A stretch of DNA of 64,000 bases from the human T2T-CHM13v2.0 reference genome, Homo sapiens. Below the pieces are notes generated by a model. It was given only the letters and a program-made list of their open reading frames with translations, did no database searches and had not been told where the DNA came from. Location of the stretch: NCBI RefSeq assembly GCF_009914755.1, contig NC_060927.1; one strand, given 5' to 3'. Shown in pieces: positions 32,775-53,028 of the stretch (within the stretch, counting starts at the first letter, position 1; the number at the start of each line of letters is the position of its first letter). Both the position numbers and the translations under genes were made by a program.

Positions 32775-33455
32775 CATTCCTGTGCACTTACTGTTTCCTC
32801 TGAACTTACAGTACCCTAGCACTTACTGTTCCACCATCACTTACTGTTCCCTGCACTTCCTGTGTCCCCAGACATCCTGTGCTTACACACCTCTGTTCCC
32901 CTGTACTTCCTGTTCCCTTGTACTTACTATTTCCTCTGCACTTCCTGTTGCCCCTACACTTCCTGTTACCTCTGCATTTACTGTTCTCCCGCACTTGCTA
33001 TTCACCTTTTGATTACTGTCCCCTCACTTACTGCTCCCCTTGCACTTACTCTTCCCGTGCACTTACTGTGCCTCCTTGCACTTGCTATTTGCCCCTCATT
33101 TACCGTTCCCCTGCTGATACTGTTTCCTGCACTTACTATTAATCCTGCACTTCCTGTTCCCCTACACTTCCTGTCCCCCTGCACTTCCTAATCCCCCTAC
33201 AATTACTGTTACCCCCAACTTACTCTTCCCCCATACTTACTGTTCACCTGCCCTTTCTGTGCCCCTACACTGCTGTTTCCCTGCTCTTCCTATTTCCCTG
33301 CATTTACTATTCCCCTGCTCTCCTTGTTCCCCTTGCCCTTCCTGTTCCCACTGTACTTCCTGTTTCTCTTACACTTATTATTCCCCTGCACTTACTGTTC
33401 CCCTGCACTTACTGTTCCATGGTGATATATGTTCCCTCTGTACTTACTATACTCT
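32775..33455. repeat. Degenerate ~17-18-bp minisatellite (GCACTT[A/C]CTGTTCCCCT)n
   Basis: Dozens of imperfect units visible by eye. Confidence 0.9.
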
Positions 33456-33863
33456 CGGCTGCCCACTTCTTTCCCCAGATACCCACAATGAAGCCCCCTC
33501 ACTTTCTTCATATCTTAACTCCGAAGTCACTTTTTCCTAAGTCTTTCCTGCACAGTTTATTCACACTTTCTGCTTCTTCTCCCCACCCCAACAATTCCCC
33601 TTCCCCTTCTCTGCTTGTTTTTCTTTCTAGCACTCACTGCTGTATAAACCTCTGCAGATTCTATGTGTGTCTGCTGGATTATCTACCTCCCACAATAGAA
33701 TATCAGCCCCTTCAGGGTGGGGATTTTTGTCTGGTTTCTTCACTGCTGTTTCCTCTGTGTGGATAGATGAACAACAAAAGGGGCTGCTTTCTAGTGTGGT
33801 TGTTCAGCTGTGTTGCTCTGGGAAGGTGATGCTGAGCAGAGAAGGAGGTAAAGAAAGAGAATC

Positions 33864-34160
33864 TGGCCGGGCGCTGTGGCTCGTGCCTGTAGTCCCAGCA
33901 CTTTGGGAGGCCGAGGCAGGCGGGTCACAAGGTCAGGAGAGCGAGACCATCCTGGCTAACACGGTGAAACCCCGTCTCTACTAAAAATACAAAAAAATTA
34001 GCCGGGCGAGGTGGCGGGTGCCTGTAGTCCCAGCTAGCTACTCGGGAGGCTGAGGCAGGAGAATGGCGTGAACCTGGGAGGCAGAGCTTGCAGCGAGCCA
34101 AGATTGTGCCACTGCACTCCAGCCTAGGCGACAGAGTGAGACTCTGTCAAAAAAAAAAAG
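33864..34160 (+). mobile_element. AluY
   Basis: gagaccatcctggctaacacggtg and gaatggcgtgaacc diagnostics; CpG-rich. Confidence 0.9.
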
Positions 34161-35344
34161 AAGAAGGAGAATCTGCAGAAGGAGTGAGAATTCAGGTTCT
34201 GTGATGTCACCTCACCGTTCCCAATGCAATGCTGATTTTCCCCTTAGGTGTGCCTGCTCTGTGGAGCCACCACTGTCTATTACAGTTTTAGGAACCCAGC
34301 TGCTCCCCAGGCTGGCTGCAGCAGGCTCTGGAGTGGCAGATCAGACCTAACATAGCCATCACACTCCGCGCTGTCTCACAGCCAGGTGGAGCAGCCCCAT
34401 ATTCCCCACCCCCTGCTGCCTGTTCCATGGACTCACTGCCAGCTTGGGCCTTTCCATAGAACAAGTCAGCCAGTGACCACTTTGGACCCTCTTTCTTCAC
34501 ATAATATGCTCTATCGCCAAGTCTTCCCCATCCTGCAAGTCTTCCCCATCTTGGACAGATTGCTGACTTATTCTGGAAGAGAACTTCATCTGGGTCCCTG
34601 CCCTCTCAGCTGGCAGTGAGCAGAATCATTCCTAGCAGCCGAGGCCTGTGAATGTGATTCTAGCATGAGGACACACATAGATGTTGGAGAAATAAGCCAA
34701 GTTCTCGTCTCTTTGGAGAACCCACAGTTGTCAAGAGCCTTCTGAGCAACAGCTATTTTATAGATCGGCTAATACCCAACAGGAAGAGATATTATCGTCC
34801 CTATGTTACAGAAGAGGAAACTGAGACCCAGAGGGTAAAATTACTCACCCAAGGTCACTCTTAGAAGTAGGGTCTAACTTGCAACCCAAGCATCCGACTT
34901 ATTTCCCTCACACGGCTGCCTCCCTCTGCATAGTGCTGACCTTCCCAGCCGGTCTGTTCAGATCTGGCAGTGTCCCTCTGGCCTGAAAATCACAGTTTCC
35001 CAAAATGGGATGGAATCAGAGAGGTTGGATCAATGACGCACTGTTAGCAACCCCCATGGGCCAAATGGGGCCAGTTGGAATGGCTCTGAGATAGGCCCAG
35101 AATGTGAGGAGTGCATCCCAGCAAGATGGTTCCCAGAGCTCGAGTTGCCCCCTGAGGATCCATGCAGCAGGGGCAGTCGACAGAACAAGGGCCTGTTTCC
35201 ACCGGCTGAATTTGAAATCACTTTGTCTCAGCATCCCAAGAAGTAAACCCGGCAAGGAGGAACAGCAGCCCTGAAGCAACTCGCCCGTGGACTGCCCGTC
35301 GTGCTCCCCAGCTCTGTAGGTCTAAATGGTGGGTCTGTCCCTTG

Positions 35345-35680
35345 GCAACCCTAAAACTTTTTGGTCTCGGACCCCTTTACACTCTTAAAAATTGAGGCCC
35401 TCAAAGAGCTTTTGTCAGGGAGAGTTTTGTCGATCAACGTTTACCATACTCATTAGAATGGAGAGCTTCGAAAGCACAAGAAGCCATGAGCATGCATCTC
35501 ACTGGCTGTCAGAGCTGTGATGTCATCACATGCATGCCTGGAAAATTCCACCATGCACTGTGACAGAATGAGTGAGAAAGGCAGATCATAGCTTATTGTG
35601 AAAATCGTTTTGACCTCATAAACCCCATCAAAGAGTTTCAGAAATCCGTAGCAGCCAGGACCCAAGTTTGAGAACTCCTG
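35345..35680. mobile_element. hAT-Charlie-type DNA transposon remnant
   Basis: aaactttttggtctcggacccctttacactcttaaaaatt...gtttgagaactcctg. Confidence 0.55.
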
Positions 35681-36284
35681 GTCTATGTCACGTCCTTGTT
35701 TCAAAAGCTCCAGGGATTGCTGTGACCACTTGGAAGAAAACTTTGGCAGCATCGAATGAAGTTGAAGATGTGTATGCACATGACCCCAGAAAATTTATTC
35801 CTCAAGATACACCCTAGGGAGGGCTTCAGAAAGTCAGACACCAGATGATGCATGGGGATGTTGTTTGCTGTCACAGCTTGCAAACAACCTGAATTGTCAG
35901 GAGAACTGACAAATAAATGATGCTGTATTTGTATAATGGAATACTATGCAGTAGTTGCAAGTATCAACATAGATGAGTCACCAAAACAAAATGAAATGAA
36001 ACATCAAGTTATGGAAGAAAGTGATCAGTATGAACTTATTTGATTAATTTAAATGCACACAAGACAATGCCACATACTGTCACAGATACATACTGCATGG
36101 ATAAACACAAAATTTGAGAGAGTGGGAGAGTAGTTGCCTACTGTAGGGGTCAGAGGAGGGAAATAAGAAGTAAGGATTACACATGATCGGAGTGAATTGT
36201 ATCCATGATGTCTTAATTTATGAGGTAACATTTGAAAGACCTATCTGAATGACTATGGGAAACTATGACTGGCTGCTGGTGGTA

Positions 36285-36842
36285 CAACACCACTACCACC
36301 AGCACCACCAGCACCACCATCATCACCACCACCATCCTACCAGCACCACCACCACCATCCTACCAGCACCACCACCACCATCCTACCAGCACCACCACCA
36401 CCAGCACCACCACCAGCACCACCATCACCACCACCAGCACCACCATCACCACCACCAGCACCACCACCAGCACCACCATCACCACCACCAGCACCACCAT
36501 CAACACCACCAGCACCACCACCAGCACCTCCATCAACACCACCATCATCATCAATATCACCACCACCATCATCACTACCACTACCACCAATACCACCAAC
36601 AACAACATTACTACCAATACCACCACCACCACCACCATCACCACCACCATCACTACCACTACCACCACCACCAAAACCACCAGCACCAGCACCACCACCA
36701 TCCCCACCACCATCACTACCACTACCACCACCACCAAACCCACCAGCAGCACCACCAGCAGCACCATCATCACCACCACCACTGGCACCACCATCAGCAC
36801 CACCATCACCACCAGCATGACCATCATCAGCACCAGCACCAG
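36285..36842. repeat. (CAC/CAT/CAG)n low-complexity trinucleotide tract
   Basis: ~550 bp of imperfect CAC repeats. Confidence 0.95.
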
Positions 36843-37712
36843 TTCATTAACTGATTCTTTGTATATCTTAGTACATGTAGCAGAGACTGCCAATTGCCTA
36901 TCTAATATCTGTTTTCTTTCTCTGTTACTGATTTATGGGAGACAGCATGTGCCCAACCCCCTCAAAAAAGGAAACCTTACTTTTTCCAACCTCCCTTGCA
37001 AGCAGGGGTGACTTGATCAGCAATTTTTGGGCAACGAGGGGAAAGTGAGAGTTATTAAGTACAGCTGATGTGCTAGCTCCTCACATGGAAGGGCTTCTGG
37101 CCCAGAGCCCCAGGGACCTAGACAGAACTGGACAGCAGGAGCCACAGCTGCCATCCCAGGACTATGAGGCCACCTTTGGGATAGGAGCCAGGGCTGAGGC
37201 CAACAGAGCACAAAGCCAGAGGGAGCCTGGGGCATGGACTGGTTAGCCTGCCCCCTCCTCACCTCAAGCTCCATCCCCTCTTTATTTAAGGTCCTCTGGT
37301 CCGGCTATGTGTGTCCACAGCAGCGCACCCTCATACCCCCCTCACTGGCTGAGTTGAACAATTGCACCTCCCCAGGCACATTCAGGGGGCATGCCGCTCA
37401 CCGATGGTGCAAATGGCATGTGCCCCAATTCTCCTACTGACTCATCCTAGCCTGCTCTTCACCTTTCTGTAGTCTGAATTGTAAGCTTGTTGAGCCTGCT
37501 TTTTTTTCTCCTTTTGGTGCCAAATAATGAAATTTCAACAGTTGGCCTTGAGAACTCTAAGCCTTTCTTACCGCCAGTGAAAGAAATCTCAGCAAGACAA
37601 GAAGGAAGAAATGTTCCCCCTTCCCTAAAGCTGCAAAAACACAGGAGCTCTTTGGAATCATAAGGCTGCCTCTGATAACGTGGGGAATTGAAAATGTTAT
37701 ATACACATATAT

Positions 37713-37768
<56 letters not shown>

Positions 37769-40700
37769 CAGTGTGGAGACTGATGAGAAAATGTAAAATC
37801 CCATTCTATTTTCTGTTAGTATAAAAGTGTCTGCAGAAAGGTTATTTGGACAAAGAAGTCTTTAAGGTGCCTGGACTTTGGGCTTTGCCAGCACGACCTG
37901 CGATGCTCTCCGGGCTGCAAGACCCACAAGGAGGTGTCTTGTATGATCATTTCTTGCTCTGCTAAGAATATTTAATTTTACATCTGTCACTTTCTGAAAT
38001 TTTTTGGTCAAACTATAAGAGGATCATTGCCATCTGCATGAAGGAAAAAATTAGTAAAAGCTAAGACGCTATTTCATTCCTTATTTGAACCACGGTTCTA
38101 AGAGTCCCGTCTTATTTCAATCCACACTGATCTAGCAGTCTTGTGCTCATGGCTTCCCCAGACTAGAATGCCCTCCCTTTCTGCTCCTCCCTTCATTTCC
38201 CTGACATCTGCTCACCCTTCAAACTTGCCGGTTGGAAGGCCCTTGCCCCTAGCTTGGAGCTGGATCTCCTCCCCATGCCCGCAGCCCCTGGGTATCCCTC
38301 TGCCTGGCTCACCCCTCACCCACATAAGACAGGGCTCCTCTAGTTACAAGTGACAAGACTCAACTTAAGCTGGCTTGAGCCACAAAGGAGCTGTGTTGGC
38401 TGCAATGCCTGGAAACGCCTGCCATGCCCTGCTCAGGCTCGGATGGATCCAGGTGCTGGGCGGAGAGCTTGCTCCTGAGCCCTGCCCCTCTCCAAAGCTC
38501 TGCCATGGCCCTGATGGCCTCATCCTCAGAGACTCTCACAAGGGAGCTAGAGCAGCTCCAGAACCACATTCCACCGGCTCGGCAAACCCTGCAGTAAGCC
38601 ACTTCTTTTTCTCAAGAATTCCAGAAGCAGCTCAGTGATTCCGATTGGCTCAGCCTGAGTCACATGCACGTTCCTCATTGGCTAGGCCTGAGCATGTTCC
38701 TACCAAGGAGCCCAAGCAAGGGCCAGTACCCAGAAGGGAAGTTGGGGGCATCTTAGAAGTCTGGGCAGGCAGGCCAGGTATGATGGCTCACGCCTGTGAT
38801 CCTAACACTTTGGGAGGCTGAATCGAGAGGACCATTTGAGCTCAGGAGTTCAAGACCAGCCTGGGCAACATAGGGAGACCCCATCTCTATTTTATTTAAA
38901 AAAAATTATTTTAAGAAGACTGGGCAGGCAAAAAAGACTGGACTCCATGGCAACACAAGGTTGTAATTTGTTTTATTGTCTGTCTTCTATATCTAGATCA
39001 CTATAGAGCATGGCACAGGCATACTAGGTAGGTGCTCAGTAAACATGTGCAGAATGCTATGAGTGGGAAGGACAAGATGTAGCCTGGGAGAATCCTCCTG
39101 ATGACAGGGCCCAGGATTGCAGGGATGTCTGAAACTCTGATATGTGCAGGAGCCAGGCAGGAGACATGATGGTCCATGCCAGGAGGACCAGTCAGAACTG
39201 GGGGAGAAATGTCCCAATCTGAGACTGTCACATCTTCTGATTTTTTTTTTAATGAGAAGCCTAATATTTGGACAATATATGAAATCTTGTAATATTTAAA
39301 ATCTGACAACTAATATTTTAAACATTGTGCAAGCCCACAGGATACCTGCATTTATGAGGATGATGAGGGTCAGCATTTGGAATTGGGAAGAGTAGGAACC
39401 TTCTGGAAGGCCACCGTCACAAGGGCTGCATCAATGTCTAGAGGAGGGTGCTTGTCACCCACTCCAGTCTGTAGTCAAGGGTTTCAGAGCCAGCCCCTGA
39501 GGCAGCCCAGGTGCTCACAGTGGGGAGGCCAATGGTGTGAGGGGTGTGCCCCACAAGCCCATGGCCCAGCTCCAGCCCGGGCAAGCCCCAGCCCATGGGG
39601 AGGGCCAGCTCCTTGGAGTGGCTCTCACATTTTCAACCTCGAATTAGGCCCTGTCTTCCCCAGAATACCATTCGCCTCCAGCCAAGCAGAACTGATCTTG
39701 CATCCCAGAGCCTCCCGGAGCCGGCTTTAAACACTCTTCACAGCAGGTTTTTGGATCTTGATTTGAAGAATGCATTCAGCTGAGTCACCGTCCCCAAACA
39801 ATATGAGAAATAAATCGTTGGGCACGCTCCTGATCCCAGAGCCAATTACACGGGCCACTCCCCACAAGCAGCCCCTATACCCTCCAGAGAAGGTCCTGCT
39901 GAGAAACAGAGCATGGACAGTTCCCCGGATCGAGATGCTGCACTGGGCCAGGCCCTGCACGGGATGGGGTGGGGGCTTCATGGAAGCCAAGGAGGCACAA
40001 TCAGCCCCACATTATAGGTGGGGAAACTGAGGCACAGAATACAGGAAGCCTGCCAGCTCACTTGAGGAAGTGGCAGAGCTAGGAGTGGAAACGAGTTAGT
40101 TCTATGCTCCAGAGGTGTGCACTCCAGACCCCGCTCTGCTATAATCACCCCAGGCGCTCTCAGTCCCATCCCAGCAATCCTTTCGGCATTTTCTCTACAT
40201 CCTCCAGACTGGTTTTGGAGTGGCTACAGGCTCCTCATTTTGATGCAATGGCCCAAGAAACAAGGCTCGGGGCCCTTCCAGTGCTGAGGGTGTTTCTGTC
40301 AGATGTGACAGTGCGGCGCAGTGGTCAGAGGCCTGGACTCAGCCCGATTGCCTGGAGTCAAAACCCACCCTACCGCCATGTATTTGGCCATGTGACCTCA
40401 CTCCCTCAGGTTTCCCCGTCTGTAAAGTGGAGCTGTATAACCCATGGCGAGTGTTTAGAATGCTGCCAGAACATAGGGTTTAGAACTACTTTCATATCCC
40501 CCTAAATCATCAACCAAAAACATGTGCAGTGCCAGATGAGCCTGCCTTCCTCTCCGATGTGACATGTGAAAGCCAGCTCCTCTCATTCACACCTTTCACA
40601 TCTGATGTTGTTAAGGGGGGCAGTTTGGTAAAATTGCTCTCCCTGAACCCCTCCACTGACCTGGGTCCTCCTGAGAGGGGTATTGCGTCCCGGGTAAAGT

Positions 40701-42606
40701 CAGGCTGCAGATTCAGGCAGACCTGGGCTTAACACCCAGCTCTGCGTCCCATGAGGTCTAGGATCTTGGGCAAATAACTGCACCTCTCTGAGCCTCGGTG
40801 TCCTCATCTGTAAAATGGGATAGGTAAACCTGTCTTGCAGGATAATTACCAGGACTTTAGCAGAATGACCTCTTGTGAATGACCCATGGGTGTGAACAGG
40901 ATTGCCAGCTTTGAAGATGAGACTGTCCTCTGAGAGGCTGCAGAGTGGGAAGTCCTGAAGACCTCACGTTTGCTGTGCCCGGGACTGAGCCCAAGTCCCA
41001 AGGCAGAACTTGCGCACGCATCCCCAGGGACACGGGAAGCTTGGGACCAATATCCTTTTGGCCTCACTCAGTTGTTGCAGCCCTGGGGAGTGTGGGTCCA
41101 GTCTCCAGCCCAGCTCTGCTACAAAGCCATGGGGAGAAGCAAGTGGCCACTCACTCTAGGCCACTCACACTAGGTCTATTCACCAGGCTCAGTGCTGAGC
41201 AGGTGCCTCTAACCCCTTGCAGCTCTCAAAAGGCATTTCTGAGATCGAGGAGAGGCATACTCATGGCTTAGCAACTGCTTCTCCAGGCTGGCTTTGCCGC
41301 ATCTTGATCACCTGCCTGGGGCAGAGGGTGGGCTCAGGCCTCCAGGGAGCCCATCTGCCAACGGGTTCGGTGCCATGGTGTCTGACATCCAGGCACCAGG
41401 TGCAGGCCACCTGAGCATCTCTGGGACAGCCCATGAGGCCGACCAGCTGCTCCAAGAGGTACCTACCCCATCGTCACTGGGAGAGGAGCAGGCTCACTCC
41501 TCCTGGGCTCGGGCACAGCCCTCTCTCCCAGGCCCGGCCCCTTGATCTGCAAGTGGCACAGCAGGAACAGTTGGTCAGGGAAGGGGACAGTGCTTCCTAG
41601 GCTGGCACTCCAGAAGGCAGCTCGGCGCTGGGTGCCCAGCGCACACTTAGTACATGGCCTGTGCCATCACAGCACACTAGCTCCTCCCCAGATGCCTTCA
41701 CCCCTCCACAGTCACCCGAAAGCACAGAGATGAGGCCACTGGAAGCTGAAGGGAGGTGGAAAGACTAGGGCATTCAGGTTATGACCCTGGCACAGGCATC
41801 CCTAAGGAAGCTATGAAGGGGAGGAGAAACTAACAGAATGATCCATGGAGTCTGAAAATGAGCCCATGTGACACAGGGGCTGAGGGGGTGACCCTTTGAG
41901 CCCAGGAGCTGTTACTTGTCCCTAGCCCAGGCCTTGCTCTCTCTACTTGGAAATCAAATTAATCACAGCTACTGTAGCAGGTGTCCACCTCAGCTAACCC
42001 TTGGAGAGGTTGAGACATGCCAGGATGTGCTGCAGTAACAAACAGCCTCCAGTCTTGGAGGCTTAAAGGGTAGGGTTCACTTCTTTTTCTGGTCACATGT
42101 TCAGTGCATGCTCAGCAGGGGGATTCTTCCCACTGAGCCCCCTCAGGGACCCAGGCTGGCAGAGGCTCTATCTTTACCACATGCTTCTGCCATCACCGTG
42201 GCTGGCTGGAGCAATGTACTGGCCGTTAAATTCTCCCACCTGGAAGTGACTGATGCATGCCACCTCTACTCACATCTCAGTAGCCAGCGTTAGTCACACG
42301 GCCTCATCCCTCCTCTAATGGGGCAGGGCAGGGCGATGCCCCTCCAGCTGTCCCGAGGGAAACGGCAGAACCTGGGGCTGTCCTGGAGAAGACCCAGTCC
42401 CACATAGCGGGGGGAATCCCACCACAGCACACCAGGAATTTTCTAGAATGTTGCTGAGTTTCCACCATGGCCCCATTCTGCTGAGCAGGAGGAAGACTTA
42501 ACCTCAGTTATGCTTAGGGCTTTTCTGCCTATTCCGTGGATCTGGTAAGGTCTCAGGCTCTTGCACAGTGTCAGGAGGTCAGAGGGAGAGAGGCTCTAAT
42601 GCCATT

Positions 42607-43005
42607 TGTTATGGCTGAAGTCAGTCCCCCAACACTCATGCACTGAAGCCCCAGCCCCAGGCACCTCTGCAGGGGACTGCATTTGGAGATTTGGCCTTTA
42701 CAGAGGTGACTAAGGTGAAAAGAGGCCATTCATTGGGAGTCCTAATCTAATCTGACTGGTGTCCATATAAAGAGAGGAAATTCGGACCCAGAGAGACAGC
42801 AGGGACCCCACACACAGAAGGAAGACCACTCAAGAAGGCAGAAAGGGGACGGCTGACTGCAAACCCAGGAGAGGGGCCTCAGAGGAAACCAACAGTGGAC
42901 ACCTTGATCTTGGAATTCCAGCCTCCAGAACTGTAAGAAAATAAACCCCTGTTGTTGAAGGCCCCCATCTATAGTACTTTGTTATGGCAGCCCTGGCAAA
43001 CCCAT
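42607..43005 (+). mobile_element. MaLR LTR (MLT1B/C-like)
   Basis: tgttatggctgaa...atttggagat..gcctttacagagg...tccagcctccagaactgtaagaaaataaac...gttatggcagccctggcaaac. Confidence 0.75.
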
Positions 43006-45729
43006 ACATCACTGGCCATGCGTTCACCCGTTATATCACCATGCTCCAGTGCTCTGGGTGGGTGGACCTGCAGGTCTCAGAGCTCTGCTGCTTCAGGGCC
43101 ATGTGGCTGGCACTGAGCTTGGCAGCAACTGAGGACCCTGTGTCCAAGGTCTTCTTCCCTAAATTCTCAATGGTGACACCTCTAAGGTGGGTGCTTCACT
43201 GACCCACAAACATGAGGGTGCAGTTACTGAGGGAGGAAAAATGGATACCAGTGGCAACCAGTCACCTGCTACCCTGTACCACTAGTGAAGAAACTGAGGA
43301 TCAAGGAGAAGCTGTGACCTGCCCAAGGTCCACAGTCCATGTGCAGCAGCAGTGGGAAGGTGAGATTAGACTTTGGCCACATACAGTGAACTCTGTCACC
43401 ACGTTAAGACTCCAGAAACCTCGCATCCAGCCGCTCCTCTGCCTAATGCCTGTTCGCACCCAGACACCACACAGACGTGGTCTGAGCAGGGCTCTTCAGA
43501 AAGACTGAAAATGTGACTGGCATACCACGTCAGTGAGGATGTGCCGGTGGGAATGAAAGCTGGCATAGCCTCTTGGAATGGGTGTTTTGGTTCAGATTAG
43601 GTTCAACTGTAAGAGAAACATCAAAAGTGGTTTGAACAAGATAGCCACTCATTTCTCTCATACGTTCCAAAAGTCATCTGAAGGTAGGACGTCCGAGGTC
43701 GTTACAGATGCACTACAGTGTCCATGACACCGGCTCTCTCTATCCTGTCGCACTGCAATGAGAAACTTCCATTCCCCAGATTACCCTATGGTTCAAGATG
43801 GCTGCTATCACTCCAGCCATTATAAGCACATTCCAGTCAGCAGGAAAGAAGGGCCACCTCTTATCTCTAAGGAAGTTGCATGCATACTTACATCCATTGG
43901 CCAGAACCCACCTGCAAGGAAGGCTAGAAAATGCAGTCTTTATTCTAGACAGCTGTGTATCTAGCGAAAAATCAGGGATTCTCTTCCAATGGAGAAAAAC
44001 AACATATATTGGAGGACAACTATTGATCTCTGCAGAAGACTAATAAGAGTAATTAAAACTAATTAAGACTGTGTGCTCCAGCAATTCTACTTGCATGAGT
44101 TACCAAAAGCAAATTTATAAGGATTGTTGATGTTGCCTTGTTTGTTGTTGCAAAATTTTTCAGAAACAAAAGGGAAGTGGTTTATAAATTGCCATATATC
44201 CATATATATGTAGCTGCAGGGGTGAAGCAGTCCTCCACTTGACATGGAATGATCTCCAAGATCCATTGGAGTGAGCTACAGGACATTAGCATTACAGAAA
44301 GAGGGATGATATACACATCCGTTGGTGTGAACACAGGATGGCTCTGGAAGGTTATGGAGACCCTGGGTGCTTCAGGAGGGGGACAGAGGAATTCAGTGCC
44401 ACACAGGGAGATTTATCGTTCACCAAATACCCTCCTGTACTGCATGAACCTTTTTTTTTCTTGCCATGTACATATATGACCTATTTTTAAAAAACAAACT
44501 TAAAAATTATAAAAATGGTCTCTTTTCTTCTGTTGATGCCTCTCTGCTCATTCACTGCAGCCAGCAAACTTCGGCTGACACTGTGCCATCTTGGACTGCA
44601 TGTGGATCTGATGGTCAAATCCCTGCTGGCCCCAACCCTTACCCCGCTCACTCAGAATGCCGTGAGCTTGCCTTCCCTGATTACCAGGCTTTTACATGAG
44701 CTGAGAGGCCCCGATAAAGTATGCCATTCAGGGGCACCCTGCAGTACCCCCTGCAGCCCAGGAGTCCAGCTCACTGGCCGTACTGTTGGCCCTGTCCGCT
44801 ATCAACCCTCCAGGCCCTCCCAGGGAGCCTGACACATTGGCCCCACAGACATGAGCTGTGTTGGAGCTTGTGCCCTCGGCACCCCATTCCCCCCTAAAAA
44901 AAAAAGGCTGATCGCGGAGGCGGGCAACAGCCTGATCCTCAGGGTCCCCACAGCCAGGGCTGAGACCTCCCCAGGCTCTGAAGCATGCAGTTGGCTGTGT
45001 CCTGGATGGGCTCCTCCTCTCCAACTCTGGGGATTACATAACTGGCAGCAACTCCCTTTCACTCTGGCTGCCAAAAAGCTCAAAGCCGAACTCAGGTACA
45101 AGGGCAGTGGCAGGGACAAGTGGGCCCCTCTCCCCTACTCATGCCTTATGATCCCAGTGCTTTGCTCTGATTTACTCCCATTTTCAGCCAACCACACCCA
45201 TCCTTATGACAAACATCAGTCCCCGAGTCCTGTCTGCTGGGGGCCTACTATGTGCCAAGCACTATTCTTGAGGCTAAAAATAAGAGCTATCCTTATCGTT
45301 CATTACTGTACGCCAGCCACTCGTGCTTAGTGTTTTCCAATCCTTACAAAAGGCCCTGCAGGATGGGTCTTCTCCGCATTTTACAGATGGCAATAGTAAG
45401 TCCATTCTGCGTTTTAATGGAGCTGAGCAGAGAGAACCGGCTGCCCAAGACAACAGTGTGTGTCTGACAAAGGGAGAGGGGCTGGCTCACAAAACATAGT
45501 TCTCCTCTCTCTCCATGTCTGTCCCCCCTACTCAGATGGGCCCAGGGGCAGGGGCAGCGGCAGCTGGGATCCTGTTTCTCTTCACCTCCCCAGCAGCCAG
45601 CCCAGGGCTTGGGCACTGGGGACTGCTCCTTGGTTGAGCAGAGGCCCCCTGAGCCTCCCAGCCCCTCACCCAGCCCTCAGGCTCCTGAAAGGAACCAGCC
45701 CCAGTATTCCTGCAAAACCTCCACATTAG

Positions 45730-46185
45730 CACCTTCTGCTCCTTTTCCTTTTTATTAAAAAATAGATCAAGAAAATATACACACTTCAGTCCATCCACCA
45801 TGGTGGATGCTTTGAGGAGGCCAAAGCACCATGGGGATGGGATGGAGGCATTGGGAGAGCCAGCCCTGCCCTCGTGCCAAGGGTGCAGAGAAGGAGGGTG
45901 CCCTCAGCCAACCTTGCCAAGCATGGCCCTGGAAGGAAAGCCTGGGCCATGTCACTGAGCAGTATGAGAGCAGGTGGGAAGGGGAGGAGGGTCCCCAGTG
46001 AGAGCAGAGATGGCAAAGGGGATTGGGAGCCCCAGGGAGGTGGGGCCTCCAGACTCATGGTGGGAACAGGGCCACACAGGGCTACTGCCCACAGAACGTC
46101 CCTTGACCTGGTCCTCCTCCCCTGGGGACTCTGGGCCTGCTGGCCTCCTCTCTGGCCTGTCCTCCACAGGCCCTGGCAGCTGCCC
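45730..46185 (-). other. TPRA1: TPRA1 3'UTR (cleavage site approximate)
   Basis: Lies between the stop codon and the AATAAA; GU-rich sequence follows on the minus strand. Confidence 0.8.
45751..45756 (-). terminator. TPRA1 polyadenylation signal AATAAA
   Basis: tttatt on + strand, ~430 nt after the stop, followed by gtgctaatgtggaggttttg (GU-rich) on the minus strand. Confidence 0.85.

Positions 46186-53028
<6,843 letters not shown>

Noticed and set aside
32775-33455. CRISPR-like repeat-spacer array
   Set aside because: Eukaryotic DNA; contiguous degenerate units with no unique spacers or cas genes
36249-37011. Mucin-like poly-Thr and poly-His proteins
   Set aside because: Translation of a simple (CAC)n tract between L1- and LTR-like fragments; no signal peptide, promoter or exon structure
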